Source: Cyanobacteriota bacterium (lineage in GTDB: Bacteria > Cyanobacteriota > Cyanobacteriia > Thermostichales > Thermostichaceae). Taken from it: a stretch of DNA of 64,000 nt. Made by a program: the position numbers and the translations under genes. The notes beneath the pieces were generated by a model that was given only the letters and a program-made list of their open reading frames with translations, did not search any database and had not been told where the DNA came from. Numbering within the stretch: the first letter of the stretch is position 1; every line of letters starts with the position of its first letter. Shown piece by piece: positions 39,574 to 49,896 of this stretch. The stretch lies in contig JANRIL010000023.1 of assembly GCA_033764955.1 (NCBI GenBank), positions 1-64,000 on the forward strand, read 5' to 3'.

Positions 39574-40410
39574 CTAAGAATGCTCATCCGCTACCAAACG
39601 GGATCCAATAAAAGCCATCAAGCGATCCAGCAACAGCCCGATCAACCCGACATAGACTAGAGCCAAGATAATTTCACTAATGCGGGAACTATTCCAGGCG
39701 TCCCAAATAAAGAAGCCAATGCCCACGCCGCCGATCAACATTTCTGCCGCCACAATCGCCAGCCACGATAGCCCCACCCCAATCCGCAAGCCTGTGAAAA
39801 TATAGGGAATAGTGGCCGGAAAAACAATCTTAAAAAAGTAGCGCCAGCCGGACATCCGAATGATCCGTGCCACATTGCGATAGTCCTGAGGGATCCTCTG
39901 TACCCCAACAGTGGTGTTGATCAAAATCGGCCAAATAGCGGTGATAAAGATCACAAAAATAGCCGAAGGGCCACTATCTCGAAAGGCAGCCAAAGAAATC
40001 GGCAACCAGGCTAAAGGAGGCACGGTTCGCAATACTTGAAAAATCGGATCCACCGCTTCATGCAGGAGCGGGTTAGCGCCGATCACCATCCCCAGCCCTA
40101 CTCCCGCAACCGCCGCCAAGAGAAACCCTAGGGCTACCCGTCGCAAGCTGGCTAAAATTTGCCAGAATAGCCCTTTGTCGGTGCCACCATTGTCAAAAAA
40201 CGGATCTTTGATTAGGGGATCCCAGGTGTCTTGCCAAACGGTTAAAGGGGTAGGCAAAGTAGCTCCCGGCAAACTACAAAGCAGTTGCCAAACGACCAAA
40301 ACGATTAAGAGAGCAGTGATAGGCAGCAAAATTCGTCGAAGCAACCGATAATACTGCATACGTTGCATTTGGGCTGAGGCTGAGCTTGTGGAACTTTGCC
40401 CCACAACCAT
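39574..40410 (-). CDS. nrtB: Nitrate ABC transporter permease
   Basis: DPFFDNGGTDKGL, LRTVPPLAWLP, WLAIVAAEM; ATG taken at 40410. Confidence 0.94.
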   Translation of the reverse strand: MVVGQSSTSSASAQMQRMQYYRLLRRILLPITALLIVLVVWQLLCSLPGATLPTPLTVWQDTWDPLIKDPFFDNGGTDKGLFWQILASLRRVALGFLLAAVAGVGLGMVIGANPLLHEAVDPIFQVLRTVPPLAWLPISLAAFRDSGPSAIFVIFITAIWPILINTTVGVQRIPQDYRNVARIIRMSGWRYFFKIVFPATIPYIFTGLRIGVGLSWLAIVAAEMLIGGVGIGFFIWDAWNSSRISEIILALVYVGLIGLLLDRLMAFIGSRLVADEHS

Positions 40411-40636
40411 TTTCAACACAAGAGGAGACAACAAAAAAGGACGCATCCAAGCAGCTAGATGAGTCAATCCTTTAATTAAACCAAGGATCAAAGGGAACAA
40501 AAGGGACAACCATTTCTGTTGTTGAAAAGGAGAGATCATGCAGGCTCCTGAGACATCGAGCGGATCAAAAACAATAAGGTGAGTGAGGAGGGATCCAAAA
40601 GCAATCATTAGCAATGAGCTTTGAAAATCATCGCCG

Positions 40637-41950
40637 TTAGGCTAGTTTTTTGATTTGCACAGCATTGAGATAGGCAGATGGATTGCTGGGGTCAAATGTG
40701 ATGCCATCAAAGAATGTTTCCACACCCCGTGAGGAGTTAGCTGGAATAGAACTATCTTGCCCAATCACTTTAGCAGCTTGTTGCCAGAGATCCTCACGAT
40801 TGACAGTATCCACTAGTTTTTGGGTGTCGGTATCCGCAGGTAAATATCCCCAACGGATGTCTTCGGTTAAAAACCAAAGATCATGGCTTTTGAAGGGATA
40901 AGAAGCTTGATCTGACCAAAACTTCATAAGATGAGGGCTATTTTCTTCCACTTTGCCCGTGCCATAGTCAAATGTGCCAGAGGCTCGTCCTAAAATATCT
41001 GCCTCCGCTACACCTAACCACTTGCGAGCGCCAATAATTTTGCACATTTCGGCTTTATTAGCGGCTTGATCACACCACACTTGAGCCTCTAATACTGCCT
41101 GTAAAATGGCTTGGGTGGCCTTGGGATTTTTTTCCACCCAATCACTGCGGAGGGCAAGAGATTTTTCGGGATGATTGTTCCAAAATTCACCAGTCGTGAT
41201 GGCCGAATATCCCAATTTTTGAGTGATGAGTTGGGCATTCCAAGGTTCTCCCACGCAAAAGGCTTCCATGCTTTTTGATTTCATGTTGGCCACCATCTGG
41301 GGAGGAGGCACCACAATCACCGAAATATCCTGGTTGGGATCAATACCTCCAGCAGCTAACCAGTAGCGCATCCACAAATCATGGGTTCCCCCCGGAAACG
41401 TGACAGCAACCTTCAGTTCTTTTCCTTCCGCTTTGGCTTTGGCAAAAGGTTCTTTGAGGGGAGAACTATCCAAGCCTACCTTTAGGTCTTGATAAGTATT
41501 GGCAACGGAAATGGCTTGTCCATTCACATTTAAGCGAGCCAAAATCGACATCGGCACCGGATTTCCATCCGTAATTTTGCCTGTGGTCATCAGATATGGC
41601 ATGGGGGTCAAAATATGCGCTCCATCGATACCATTGCTGGCGGATCCCAGCACCAAATTATCGCGAGTCACCCCCCAAGAGGCTTGTTTAACCACCTCCA
41701 CATCCTTCATGCCATATTTGTCGAAATAGCCTTTTTCTTTGGCGATAATCAGGGGAGCTGCATCGGTTAACGCAATAAAACCTAGCTTCGTTCCGGTCAC
41801 TTCGGGAGTATCGGCTTGGGCTACCCAATAACCCGATTGAGGAATAGCTTGGGAACGTAATCCCGCCACAGTGGCTCCGGTAGCCAGAGCAGAAGCCATT
41901 AAAAACTGACGTCGAGAAACGGGCGATTTGACTGATTTTGGGTGAGACAT
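40637..41950 (-). CDS. nrtA: Nitrate/nitrite ABC transporter substrate-binding protein
   Basis: Twin-arginine SRRQFL, GFIALTDAAPL, VTFPGGTHDLW, CVGEPW, HPEK, SYPFKSHD; GGAGG RBS. Confidence 0.94.
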   Translation of the reverse strand: MSHPKSVKSPVSRRQFLMASALATGATVAGLRSQAIPQSGYWVAQADTPEVTGTKLGFIALTDAAPLIIAKEKGYFDKYGMKDVEVVKQASWGVTRDNLVLGSASNGIDGAHILTPMPYLMTTGKITDGNPVPMSILARLNVNGQAISVANTYQDLKVGLDSSPLKEPFAKAKAEGKELKVAVTFPGGTHDLWMRYWLAAGGIDPNQDISVIVVPPPQMVANMKSKSMEAFCVGEPWNAQLITQKLGYSAITTGEFWNNHPEKSLALRSDWVEKNPKATQAILQAVLEAQVWCDQAANKAEMCKIIGARKWLGVAEADILGRASGTFDYGTGKVEENSPHLMKFWSDQASYPFKSHDLWFLTEDIRWGYLPADTDTQKLVDTVNREDLWQQAAKVIGQDSSIPANSSRGVETFFDGITFDPSNPSAYLNAVQIKKLA

Positions 41951-42083
41951 GACAACCTCCTAAAAAACTACAAAACCAAGAGCAATAACTAGCAGAAATA
42001 GCTAGATGAGATAACCAAGGGATCCAACACCATAAAGGGTTGAAATCGTTTCGGGATCCCTTCCAACAGGGATCCAACCAGCA

Positions 42084-43619
42084 TCAAGCGGTGATGGAGG
42101 ATAGCTGATGGGGTTTGGCACCAAAATGTTCGATCAACAATTCCGCCAGCACCGGCTGCAAATCTTCACAGGGGATCCCTTTGCGAACACATGTGCCCAG
42201 TTTGGCGTCCTTGCCCACTTCTCCCCCCATATAAATGTCAACCGCTTCCACGGGCTGACCATTTTTGCGGGCGGTGGTTCCCATCAAACCAATTTCGGCC
42301 ACCTGCGGTTGTCCACAGGAGTTAGGGCATCCTGTCCAGTGAATGCGAACGGGATGAGGCAGATCTAACTCGGATTCCAGGGCATCGATCAGGGCAACGG
42401 CACGGTTTTTGGTTTCGATCAGGGCAAAGTTACAGAACTGATTGCCAGTGCAGGAGACTAACCCAGCCTGTAGTGGTCCTGGTTGGGTTTTGAACTTGTG
42501 CAGCAGCGGTTCTTGCAACAGTCCGTGTAGGTGGGGATGAGAAACATGGGGGATCACAATGTTTTGTTCAACCGTTAAACGCACTTCCCCTGAGCCATAG
42601 CTTTCCGCCAGGTGAGCCAGTTCCAGCAGATCTGCCGCCGTCAACCGACCCACCGGGATATGCAGTCCGACCGTATAAAAGCCCGGTTGCGCCTGTGGTA
42701 GCACCCCCAACAACTCCCGCTTGGCTAGGGTTACTTCGTCATGGGCTGCCGCCACCGCCAGGGATCTCCCCAGCCGCGCTTCCACCTCCGCCCGAAATCG
42801 CTCGATTCCCCATTCATCCAGTAACCACATCAGACGACACTTTTGCCGATTCAGACGGGGGCCATGATCCCGATAGATGGATAAGACAGCGACACACAGA
42901 TCCACCACCTGCTCAGGAGGCACCCAAACATTCAGGGGAATAGTCATGTCGCAACGACGGGCTGAGAAAAAACCTCCCACCAACACGTTGAACCCAACCC
43001 CCTGCTCCCCATAAGCGGGCACAAAAGCGAGATCATTGATTTCCGCATGAACCGAGTTATCGCGGCAACCCGCCACCGCGATATTGAATTTGCGGGGGAG
43101 ATTACTAAACTCAGGGTTCCCTTCGCCGTTCAAGGTGAGCCGGTCTTGAATGGCTTGGGTTAAAGCCCTCGTATCGTAGACCTCCAGCGGATCAATCCCT
43201 GCTAGAGGGGATCCGGTAATATTGCGGACATTATCCATGCCCGACTGCACTGTGGTGATCCCCACCTCCTTGAGATGAGTCAAAATCTGGGGAGCTTCTT
43301 CAATCGGGATGCCGCGCAACTGGATATTTTGGCGGGTGGTCAGATCGGCTACCCCCGCCGCCCCCAATGGATGGAGGATCCCTGCCATGACCCGCAACTG
43401 CGGACTGGTTAGGATCCCGTTAGGAATTCGTAACCGCAGCATGAACTGACCGGGGGTACTCTTACGGAAGAATAGCCCTAGCCATTTCAAACGGTGATCG
43501 CGGTCATCTTCAGGAATCTGCTGCCAGCCAATCTCGGCAAAGTGATCTAGCTCTGCCTTGATCGCCAACCCATCCTTACTTGCTTTGAGTTCTTCAAACT
43601 TGTTCGCCATCGCTTTCAT
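42084..43619 (-). CDS. nirA: Ferredoxin-nitrite reductase
   Basis: NKFEELK, LTTRQNIQ, GMDNVRN, LPRKFN, CTGNQFC, WTGCPNSCGQ. Confidence 0.96.
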   Translation of the reverse strand: MKAMANKFEELKASKDGLAIKAELDHFAEIGWQQIPEDDRDHRLKWLGLFFRKSTPGQFMLRLRIPNGILTSPQLRVMAGILHPLGAAGVADLTTRQNIQLRGIPIEEAPQILTHLKEVGITTVQSGMDNVRNITGSPLAGIDPLEVYDTRALTQAIQDRLTLNGEGNPEFSNLPRKFNIAVAGCRDNSVHAEINDLAFVPAYGEQGVGFNVLVGGFFSARRCDMTIPLNVWVPPEQVVDLCVAVLSIYRDHGPRLNRQKCRLMWLLDEWGIERFRAEVEARLGRSLAVAAAHDEVTLAKRELLGVLPQAQPGFYTVGLHIPVGRLTAADLLELAHLAESYGSGEVRLTVEQNIVIPHVSHPHLHGLLQEPLLHKFKTQPGPLQAGLVSCTGNQFCNFALIETKNRAVALIDALESELDLPHPVRIHWTGCPNSCGQPQVAEIGLMGTTARKNGQPVEAVDIYMGGEVGKDAKLGTCVRKGIPCEDLQPVLAELLIEHFGAKPHQLSSITA

Positions 43620-43639
43620 CTGGCTTCAGGTTGATGGCT

Positions 43640-43682
43640 ACTCTAGTCGGCAATCCTCATAGACTTTGGTATCGACCGTTAC
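43640..43682 (-). promoter_or_regulatory. NtcA-activated promoter of the nirA operon
   Basis: Minus strand GTA-ACGGTCGA-TAC (43682-43669), 23 nt, then TAGAGT (TAN3T, 43645-43640). Confidence 0.88.
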
Positions 43683-43717
43683 GAAATATTGTGAATCATG
43701 TAGATATTGCATTAAAT

Positions 43718-43736
43718 CTATGCGATTCTTGCATAG
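43718..43736. promoter_or_regulatory. LysR-type (NtcB-like) binding site
   Basis: CTATGC-GATTCTT-GCATAG inverted repeat containing T-N11-A; minus strand TGCA-N5-CGCA, upstream of the NtcA box. Confidence 0.65.
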
Positions 43737-43766
43737 GTTCTTCGGTAGGAAGGAGTGAAGGGATCC

Positions 43767-45449
43767 CTACTGCCCGCGCAACTGAGCCGCTTGAGCCAGC
43801 AGCGATTCCACAAATGGAATGGCCTCTTGGGCGGCATGTCCGGCGGTGAGCTGAGCCAGTTCGTCGCGTCGATCGAGATCCGACAGGACATCCACTTGCA
43901 CGAGGGTGCGCTGATTTTTCACAACTTTACGAACCCGCAGGTGATGATCCGCAATGGCGGCGATCAGAGGTTGATGGGTGACACAAAGGATTTGGTGATC
44001 CTGGGCGATTTCATGCAGCTTGCTGGCAATGGCTTGCGCCACCTTCCCCGATACCCCCGCATCAATTTCATCAAAGACCATCGTAGACACGGGATCCACC
44101 CGCCGAAACACACTTTTTAAGGCCAATAAAAAGCGACTCATTTCACCCCCCGAAGCCGTCAGTGCCAAAGGCTGCAAAGGCTCACCGGGGTTGGGACTGA
44201 TCAGAAAGTTGATCAGATCGTGACCTTCAGCACTCAGGGATCCCGGTGTGATCTCCACCTGAAAGCGCACCCCGCTCATGCCCAAGGGCTGTAGTTCGTG
44301 GATCAGGGCTTTTTGCAGGTGATGGGCGGCTTTTTGTCGTTGTTGACTGAGTTGTTGACAACGCTTTTCTAACTCCTGATAGGCACTGAGCTGTTGGGCT
44401 TCCAGATCCTCCAGGGTAGAGCCAGCGGTTTTCAGATCTGCCAATTCTTGCTCAAGATTTTCCGCATAGCTCAACACCTGTGCCAGGGAAGATCCATACT
44501 TACGACAGAGTTGCTTGAGGGTGAGGATGCGCTTTTCAATTTTGTTGAGGCGAGTTGGATCGGCCTCTAGCGCTTCCCCATACTGATACAATTCTCGTCC
44601 CGCCTCTTCCACCTGGATCAGGGCACTGCTGACCATCTCTAAAATAGAGTGCAGGTCAGGATCCAACTGAGTCATCTCCTGCAATAAACGCTCCGCCTGC
44701 CCTAACAAATCCGCCGCCGCCAAGGACTCTGATTCTGCTTGATAAAGCAATTGATAGGCGGCATAACTTTGCTTTTGTAGATCTACTACATGGGTGAGGC
44801 GATCCCGCTCTTTTTCTAGTTTACTGAGTTCATCAGGATCCTCTAAACGAGCCGCTGTTAGTTCCTGGGATTGGTACTCTAAAATATCGAGCCGTTGTAG
44901 GCGATCCTGTTGCTTTTTTTGGTGATCTTCGTAGGCCAGTTTCAGATCATGCCAAGTTTGATAAGCGGCACCCACTTTTTGGCGGGTTTCTAAGAGCTTG
45001 GCTCCGGCAAAAGCATCCAGCCAGCGTCGTTGCGTATGGGTATCTTGTAGTTGGATGGTTTGTCCTTGGGCAGTAATTTCCACCAGTTTTTGCCGAAAAT
45101 TTTGGATTTGTTGGCGATTGATCAAGACTCCATTCAAGCGGGAGCGACTGGTGCGTTCGGTGATTTCCCGGCTACAGAGAATGCCGTCGTCGAGCAGATC
45201 AATCGCTTGTTCTTGCAGCCAAGCCACCAGGATCGGTTCAGGACTAAAGATTGCTTCTAAAGAGGCTTTACGGCTGCCCGTGCGAACGGACTTTGTCGAG
45301 ACTTCGCCCCCCAATGCCGCATCCAAAGCATCCAAAATAATTGATTTTCCGGCTCCGGTTTCCCCGGTTAAAACATTCAAACCCTCGTGAAAAGTAATCT
45401 CTAGGTGTTCGATCAAGGCAAAATTTTCTATCCGTAATGTTTGTAACAT
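43767..45449 (-). CDS. recN: DNA repair protein RecN
   Basis: IENFALI, LTGETGAGKS, ASGGEMSR, VFDEIDAGVSG, CVTHQP. Confidence 0.97.
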   Translation of the reverse strand: MLQTLRIENFALIEHLEITFHEGLNVLTGETGAGKSIILDALDAALGGEVSTKSVRTGSRKASLEAIFSPEPILVAWLQEQAIDLLDDGILCSREITERTSRSRLNGVLINRQQIQNFRQKLVEITAQGQTIQLQDTHTQRRWLDAFAGAKLLETRQKVGAAYQTWHDLKLAYEDHQKKQQDRLQRLDILEYQSQELTAARLEDPDELSKLEKERDRLTHVVDLQKQSYAAYQLLYQAESESLAAADLLGQAERLLQEMTQLDPDLHSILEMVSSALIQVEEAGRELYQYGEALEADPTRLNKIEKRILTLKQLCRKYGSSLAQVLSYAENLEQELADLKTAGSTLEDLEAQQLSAYQELEKRCQQLSQQRQKAAHHLQKALIHELQPLGMSGVRFQVEITPGSLSAEGHDLINFLISPNPGEPLQPLALTASGGEMSRFLLALKSVFRRVDPVSTMVFDEIDAGVSGKVAQAIASKLHEIAQDHQILCVTHQPLIAAIADHHLRVRKVVKNQRTLVQVDVLSDLDRRDELAQLTAGHAAQEAIPFVESLLAQAAQLRGQ

Positions 45450-45517
45450 AGACCTATGATCTATCCCTGCTAAACCCTTTCCCACAGACCCCCACGGTCG
45501 GGATCCCTTCCCGTAGT

Positions 45518-47515
45518 TTATCTGGGTTTCTCGGTTGGTTCACACAGATAGCTGGCGATGTGTTCGAGGGTGGGGGCTACCAGGAATGGGATGGGGATGA
45601 CCGCTTGCTCTGGCAGGGTTTCGGCAATTTGTCTGAGCATCCGTTGGTGGCGCTGCTGAAGCGACTGTCCAAAACCATCGGAACTATCCAGCCAAATCCG
45701 GTTGATCACTAAATAGGGATGCGGGATCCCCAGATGATCAAGAGCCTGCAAAAGGCGAGTGGTCTCGGCTAAAACCGCCTGTTCGGGGTTGAGGATAGGA
45801 ATAAATGTGACAAAGGTGGGATCCTGTAACTGATCGCGTAACCCGCGCACCTGCTTGAGTAGTCCCCGCAGCCGTTGAGCCAACTCCGGTCGCCCCACCT
45901 GATCTCGATACTTCAACCACAATTTCAGAGCCAAGCTTACCCAGCCTTCCAAGGCTTCCGGCATTTGCAAAAACCGCAGCAGATGCCCAGTGGGAGCCGT
46001 GTCTAGCACCACCAAATCGGAGCCACCCGCCTCCTGTAACACCGTCAATAGCGCCATCACCTCATCCAAGCCGGGAGGAGGCATCTCCAACAACTGCTTC
46101 CAGGCTTGCGGATCGTATTGCACCTCCACACTGCCCGATTCCCCCGCCAAAATAGCCACGATATCGTCCAAATAGTCATGGCGAAATTGCTGCAAAATCA
46201 CCTCGGCATCCACCTCTTGCGCCCACAGGTTAGGCAGGATGGAGATGGGGATTTGGCCTAAGGGAGTTTGAAATAAATCCCCTAAGGAATGAGCCGGATC
46301 AATCGAGACCACCAACACCCGCCGCTCAGGATGTCGCCGTGCTAAACTCCAGGCCAAGGTTCCCGCCATCGTGGTCTTGCCGACTCCCCCTTTGCCCCCC
46401 GTGATCACCAGTGAAATACCTGCCGCCAGCAAATCCGGCAGACGGGATCCCTCCACATCGGGTCGTGAGGGTTCATCAGCAGGCATTTCAGTAGACAAGG
46501 AAGCAGCCGTCGAAAGGGGTTGAAGAGCCTCGCGGGTGAGGGGACGAATCTGCCCCACCAGGGCATCGAGGGCTGAGCTGCCCAGAGGTTCTTGGGTTTG
46601 AAATGGCACCAACCACAAGGGGTAATGGCACAGATCCGCAACCAACTTGTGCAGGATGGGCTGTTGTTCCTGTTGACGAGCCAACCAGACTGCCGACATG
46701 GGCTGCGGACTCTGGGGATCCCTGAGCAGCACTTGATTGACGAGGATCCCGGCTATGGGCACACGGCGCGCCTGCAACTGCTGATCAAACCGCTCGGTTT
46801 CCGCCAAACTGAGGGCTTCGGGAATCATCACCAACCAGGCGGCGGTACTAGCCGGATCTGTCAGTCTTGCCTTGCCCCCTGCCAATTCCGCTTTGAGGGT
46901 GGCTAAAAACGCATCTGCTTGGTCACTACGATAGCTACCTGTCAGGGTGCGGGAAATTTCCTGGTGTTTAGCTTGAAATAGGCTGAAAACCCCTAAAATA
47001 TTATCCAAAAAATCCGGCAGTTCCAGCAGACGTAGCGTGTGTCCAGTGGGCGCAGTATCCAAAATAATTTGATCCGCATCTCCGCTAGCCAATAGGCGGT
47101 TCACCTCCAAAATAGCCATCAATTCGTCCACCCCCGGCCAAGCCAGATCCCAGACGGGCAAGAGATCCTCCCGTTCAAACCAACTGCCTCGCTCCGTCAG
47201 TAACTCTAGAGCCTCTCCATAGGTGGCTTTGAAGCGTTTTAAGAGAGCTTCCGCATCCAAAGCACGGATGGCGAGATTGGGCAGATCCGCAGGGGAAGTC
47301 GCTTGATCGGTAATGGGGATCCCTAAAACATCCCCCAGCGAGTGAGCGGGATCGGTGGAGATCAACAAAATTTTCCGTTCAGGCTGTGATTGAGCCAGTT
47401 GACGGGTGAGGGCGCAGGTAAGAGTAGTTTTGCCCACACCTCCTTTGCCACTCAAGATCAACAATTGACGATCAGGGGCTAGCAATGACATAGATGGGTT
47501 CCAGTCTTCCGACAT
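45518..47515 (-). CDS. ArsA/Get3-family ATPase with two ATPase domains
   Basis: Two KGGVGKTT, two DPAHSL, two DTAPTGH. Confidence 0.92.
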   Translation of the reverse strand: MSEDWNPSMSLLAPDRQLLILSGKGGVGKTTLTCALTRQLAQSQPERKILLISTDPAHSLGDVLGIPITDQATSPADLPNLAIRALDAEALLKRFKATYGEALELLTERGSWFEREDLLPVWDLAWPGVDELMAILEVNRLLASGDADQIILDTAPTGHTLRLLELPDFLDNILGVFSLFQAKHQEISRTLTGSYRSDQADAFLATLKAELAGGKARLTDPASTAAWLVMIPEALSLAETERFDQQLQARRVPIAGILVNQVLLRDPQSPQPMSAVWLARQQEQQPILHKLVADLCHYPLWLVPFQTQEPLGSSALDALVGQIRPLTREALQPLSTAASLSTEMPADEPSRPDVEGSRLPDLLAAGISLVITGGKGGVGKTTMAGTLAWSLARRHPERRVLVVSIDPAHSLGDLFQTPLGQIPISILPNLWAQEVDAEVILQQFRHDYLDDIVAILAGESGSVEVQYDPQAWKQLLEMPPPGLDEVMALLTVLQEAGGSDLVVLDTAPTGHLLRFLQMPEALEGWVSLALKLWLKYRDQVGRPELAQRLRGLLKQVRGLRDQLQDPTFVTFIPILNPEQAVLAETTRLLQALDHLGIPHPYLVINRIWLDSSDGFGQSLQQRHQRMLRQIAETLPEQAVIPIPFLVAPTLEHIASYLCEPTEKPR

Positions 47516-47585
47516 CGGAGAATTTGCAGGTTAGCAGGCATTCATTCAATTTTGAAATATTTCACAGGGAAACAATTACTCACCC

Positions 47586-48716
47586 TTAATAGTCAACTCC
47601 CCGCTTCAAATCTGCCCCCCGCTCAGCATAGTGTTTGTGACAGACCATCTCGGAGTGAACCGAGGCCAGCTCAAAATAGGGAAGCGGAGCATAGCACCGC
47701 CCTGTGATAATGATCTCTGTATCTTTAGGCTTGCGTAGCAACCCTTGCACAATCGGCTCCACTTCTAAAAGTTCCAGATCGACCGTCGGGTTGAGTTCAT
47801 CCATGATAATGGTTTTATAAAGCCCAGAAGCCATCGCCGCCCGTGCCAGTTCCCAGCCTCGCTCCGCTTCTACATAGTCAATTTCCTGCTGCTTGCCTCG
47901 CCAAACAATGGCATCGCGTCCACAGCGTTGGTGATCCACCAGATGGGGGTAACTATCTCGCAATGCCCGAATAGCCGCATCTTCCGTATAGCCGGATCCC
48001 CCTTTTAACCACTGCATAATCAAGACACGGTGAGAGAGGTCTTTGCTGATACCCCGCCCAATCGCTTGCAGGGCACGTCCTAGGGCACTTGTCGATTTTC
48101 CTTTACCTCCCCCCGTATAAATCTCAATGCCACTGTCATAACCATTGCTTTCGGGACGGCGCAGGCTTCGCATCTCGGAGTGGAGATCGGCTAACTCGAT
48201 GATGGCCGGTGGCGCGCCCCGACCTGTGATGATCACCTCCATTTCCTCTGGTTTCTGCCGGAGAGTACCCACTACCTCTTCAACGGGCAGCAAGCCCAGA
48301 TCCAGCACGGGATTGAGTTCGTCTAGCACCACCACCGAATAGAAACCGGAGGCAATCGCTCCTTTGGCCACATCCCAGCCACGGCGAGCTTCTTGCCGAT
48401 CAAATTTGGTGATGGCTTCCGGGCCAAAAAATTCTCCTCGTCCCGTCCGTAGTTGGTCGATCAGGTGAGGGAAACCCCGTTGCAGCGCCGCGATAGCGGA
48501 GTCTTCGGCATATTGACGACCTGGCCCTTTTAAGAATCGTACTAGCAAGACACGGCTGGGGGCAGCGTTTTCGATCCCCAAGCCAATCGAGCGCAAGACC
48601 ACACCCAACGCCGCCTGGGACTTGCCTTTGCCCTCGCCATCATAAACATGGATTTGTCCACGACGGCGATTTTGAGATTGGGCGGTAAGAATGCCAACTT
48701 CTGCCATAGGGAGCAT
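47586..48716 (-). CDS. cobO: Cob(I)yrinic acid a,c-diamide adenosyltransferase, cyanobacterial tandem-domain form
   Basis: YDGEGKGKS and YTGGGKGKST halves, LDELN, ITGR, GVDY end. Confidence 0.88.
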   Translation of the reverse strand: MLPMAEVGILTAQSQNRRRGQIHVYDGEGKGKSQAALGVVLRSIGLGIENAAPSRVLLVRFLKGPGRQYAEDSAIAALQRGFPHLIDQLRTGRGEFFGPEAITKFDRQEARRGWDVAKGAIASGFYSVVVLDELNPVLDLGLLPVEEVVGTLRQKPEEMEVIITGRGAPPAIIELADLHSEMRSLRRPESNGYDSGIEIYTGGGKGKSTSALGRALQAIGRGISKDLSHRVLIMQWLKGGSGYTEDAAIRALRDSYPHLVDHQRCGRDAIVWRGKQQEIDYVEAERGWELARAAMASGLYKTIIMDELNPTVDLELLEVEPIVQGLLRKPKDTEIIITGRCYAPLPYFELASVHSEMVCHKHYAERGADLKRGVDY

Positions 48717-48888
48717 AATCCTGCTATATCACAAGGAATACCACCATTACCCAGTCTGTACTAGGCAGACTGAAGCAAGGGCTGTCACCACCATCTTAGA
48801 GCTTGTCAGCCGTTGCCACTACTGACCGCCCCAAGAGTAGCCACCTACGATGCCAGGGATCCCTATGCTGGTTACAGAACATCTACTA

Positions 48889-49896
48889 CTAATGATTTTC
48901 AGTAATGCGCTTGAGGGGAAGATAAAGAACGTGATCGCTGCCACTGCCCACAGGTTGTTGGGATCCCAGGCTGACTTTTTGTTGTTCTAGCCACAAAAGC
49001 AAGGATTGATGCTCAGGATAATATTCAAAGATGTAGTTTATAAAGTCCTCAATAGTGCAAGGTTTATTGGTTCCTCCCATCCATTGATGAAAGTGATTAT
49101 GAATTTCTGAGCTTAACGTGATCAAGTTGCTTAAGCTAGCGGCAATCTTAGGATAGTAAGCTTCTGAATAGAGATGATGGACAGTAAGACTGTGACATAT
49201 CATTCTTGTTACCTTGCAAAGATTTTTATCTCGTTTCTTAGCTAATTTTTTAGCCCATTCAATTTCTTTGTGCCTTGCTTCAATCTGCTTGATAATGAGA
49301 TCAATCTGAGGGCTAATTCTCTCGGCAACGTCACGACACCATTCTTTGCGATTTGCCTGGGTAATCAGGTCTCTCATCCCTATGGCAATGTTATAAATTC
49401 CCAACCGCGAAATATAAACATTCTCAGAACCAGCAAAACGAGTGTAGTGAATATCTTGGATCATCAGATTTTTTGCTATTAAACTCTTAATGATTTTGTT
49501 GAAGTAATCGCGTCGTGTACCCAAGATAGCAATAACATCTGAAACAGACAGCCAATAATCATCCTGACGACGAATCAAGGAAGTGCTGTTACCCAAAATT
49601 TTATGATCGACAAATGCTCGTTGGGTATGCTTTTTCTTATCAACAAACCATTTTTTTATATCTTTAGGATCGGGATTAATAAAATCTGGGTGTGCCTTCA
49701 AATAAAGATAGATGGCATGGGCACCCGTTTGGGTGTATTCTCGAACCTTATTGACTACTCGATAATCCTTGCCTTTGATTAACTCCCATTTGTCATCAGG
49801 GATCCGATCAAACTCTTCCTCAATCTGCTTGAGTTGCTCTAAGCTTATTTTCAAAAAATCTGCCAATTTATTAGAGGAAACAAAAACTATTGCCAT
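48889..49896 (-). CDS. Uncharacterised protein: two antirepressor-like N-terminal modules + C-terminal HNH nuclease
   Basis: RDKNLC...LTVHHLYS...SNLITL...IHNHFH; N-terminal ELIKGKDY...YTQTGA and MIQDIHY...YISRLG modules; AT-rich. Confidence 0.7.
   Translation of the reverse strand: MAIVFVSSNKLADFLKISLEQLKQIEEEFDRIPDDKWELIKGKDYRVVNKVREYTQTGAHAIYLYLKAHPDFINPDPKDIKKWFVDKKKHTQRAFVDHKILGNSTSLIRRQDDYWLSVSDVIAILGTRRDYFNKIIKSLIAKNLMIQDIHYTRFAGSENVYISRLGIYNIAIGMRDLITQANRKEWCRDVAERISPQIDLIIKQIEARHKEIEWAKKLAKKRDKNLCKVTRMICHSLTVHHLYSEAYYPKIAASLSNLITLSSEIHNHFHQWMGGTNKPCTIEDFINYIFEYYPEHQSLLLWLEQQKVSLGSQQPVGSGSDHVLYLPLKRITENH

Noticed and set aside
48717..48888. Cobalamin riboswitch upstream of cobO
   Set aside because: Only a 7-bp hairpin (CAGTCTG/CAGACTG); no riboswitch consensus
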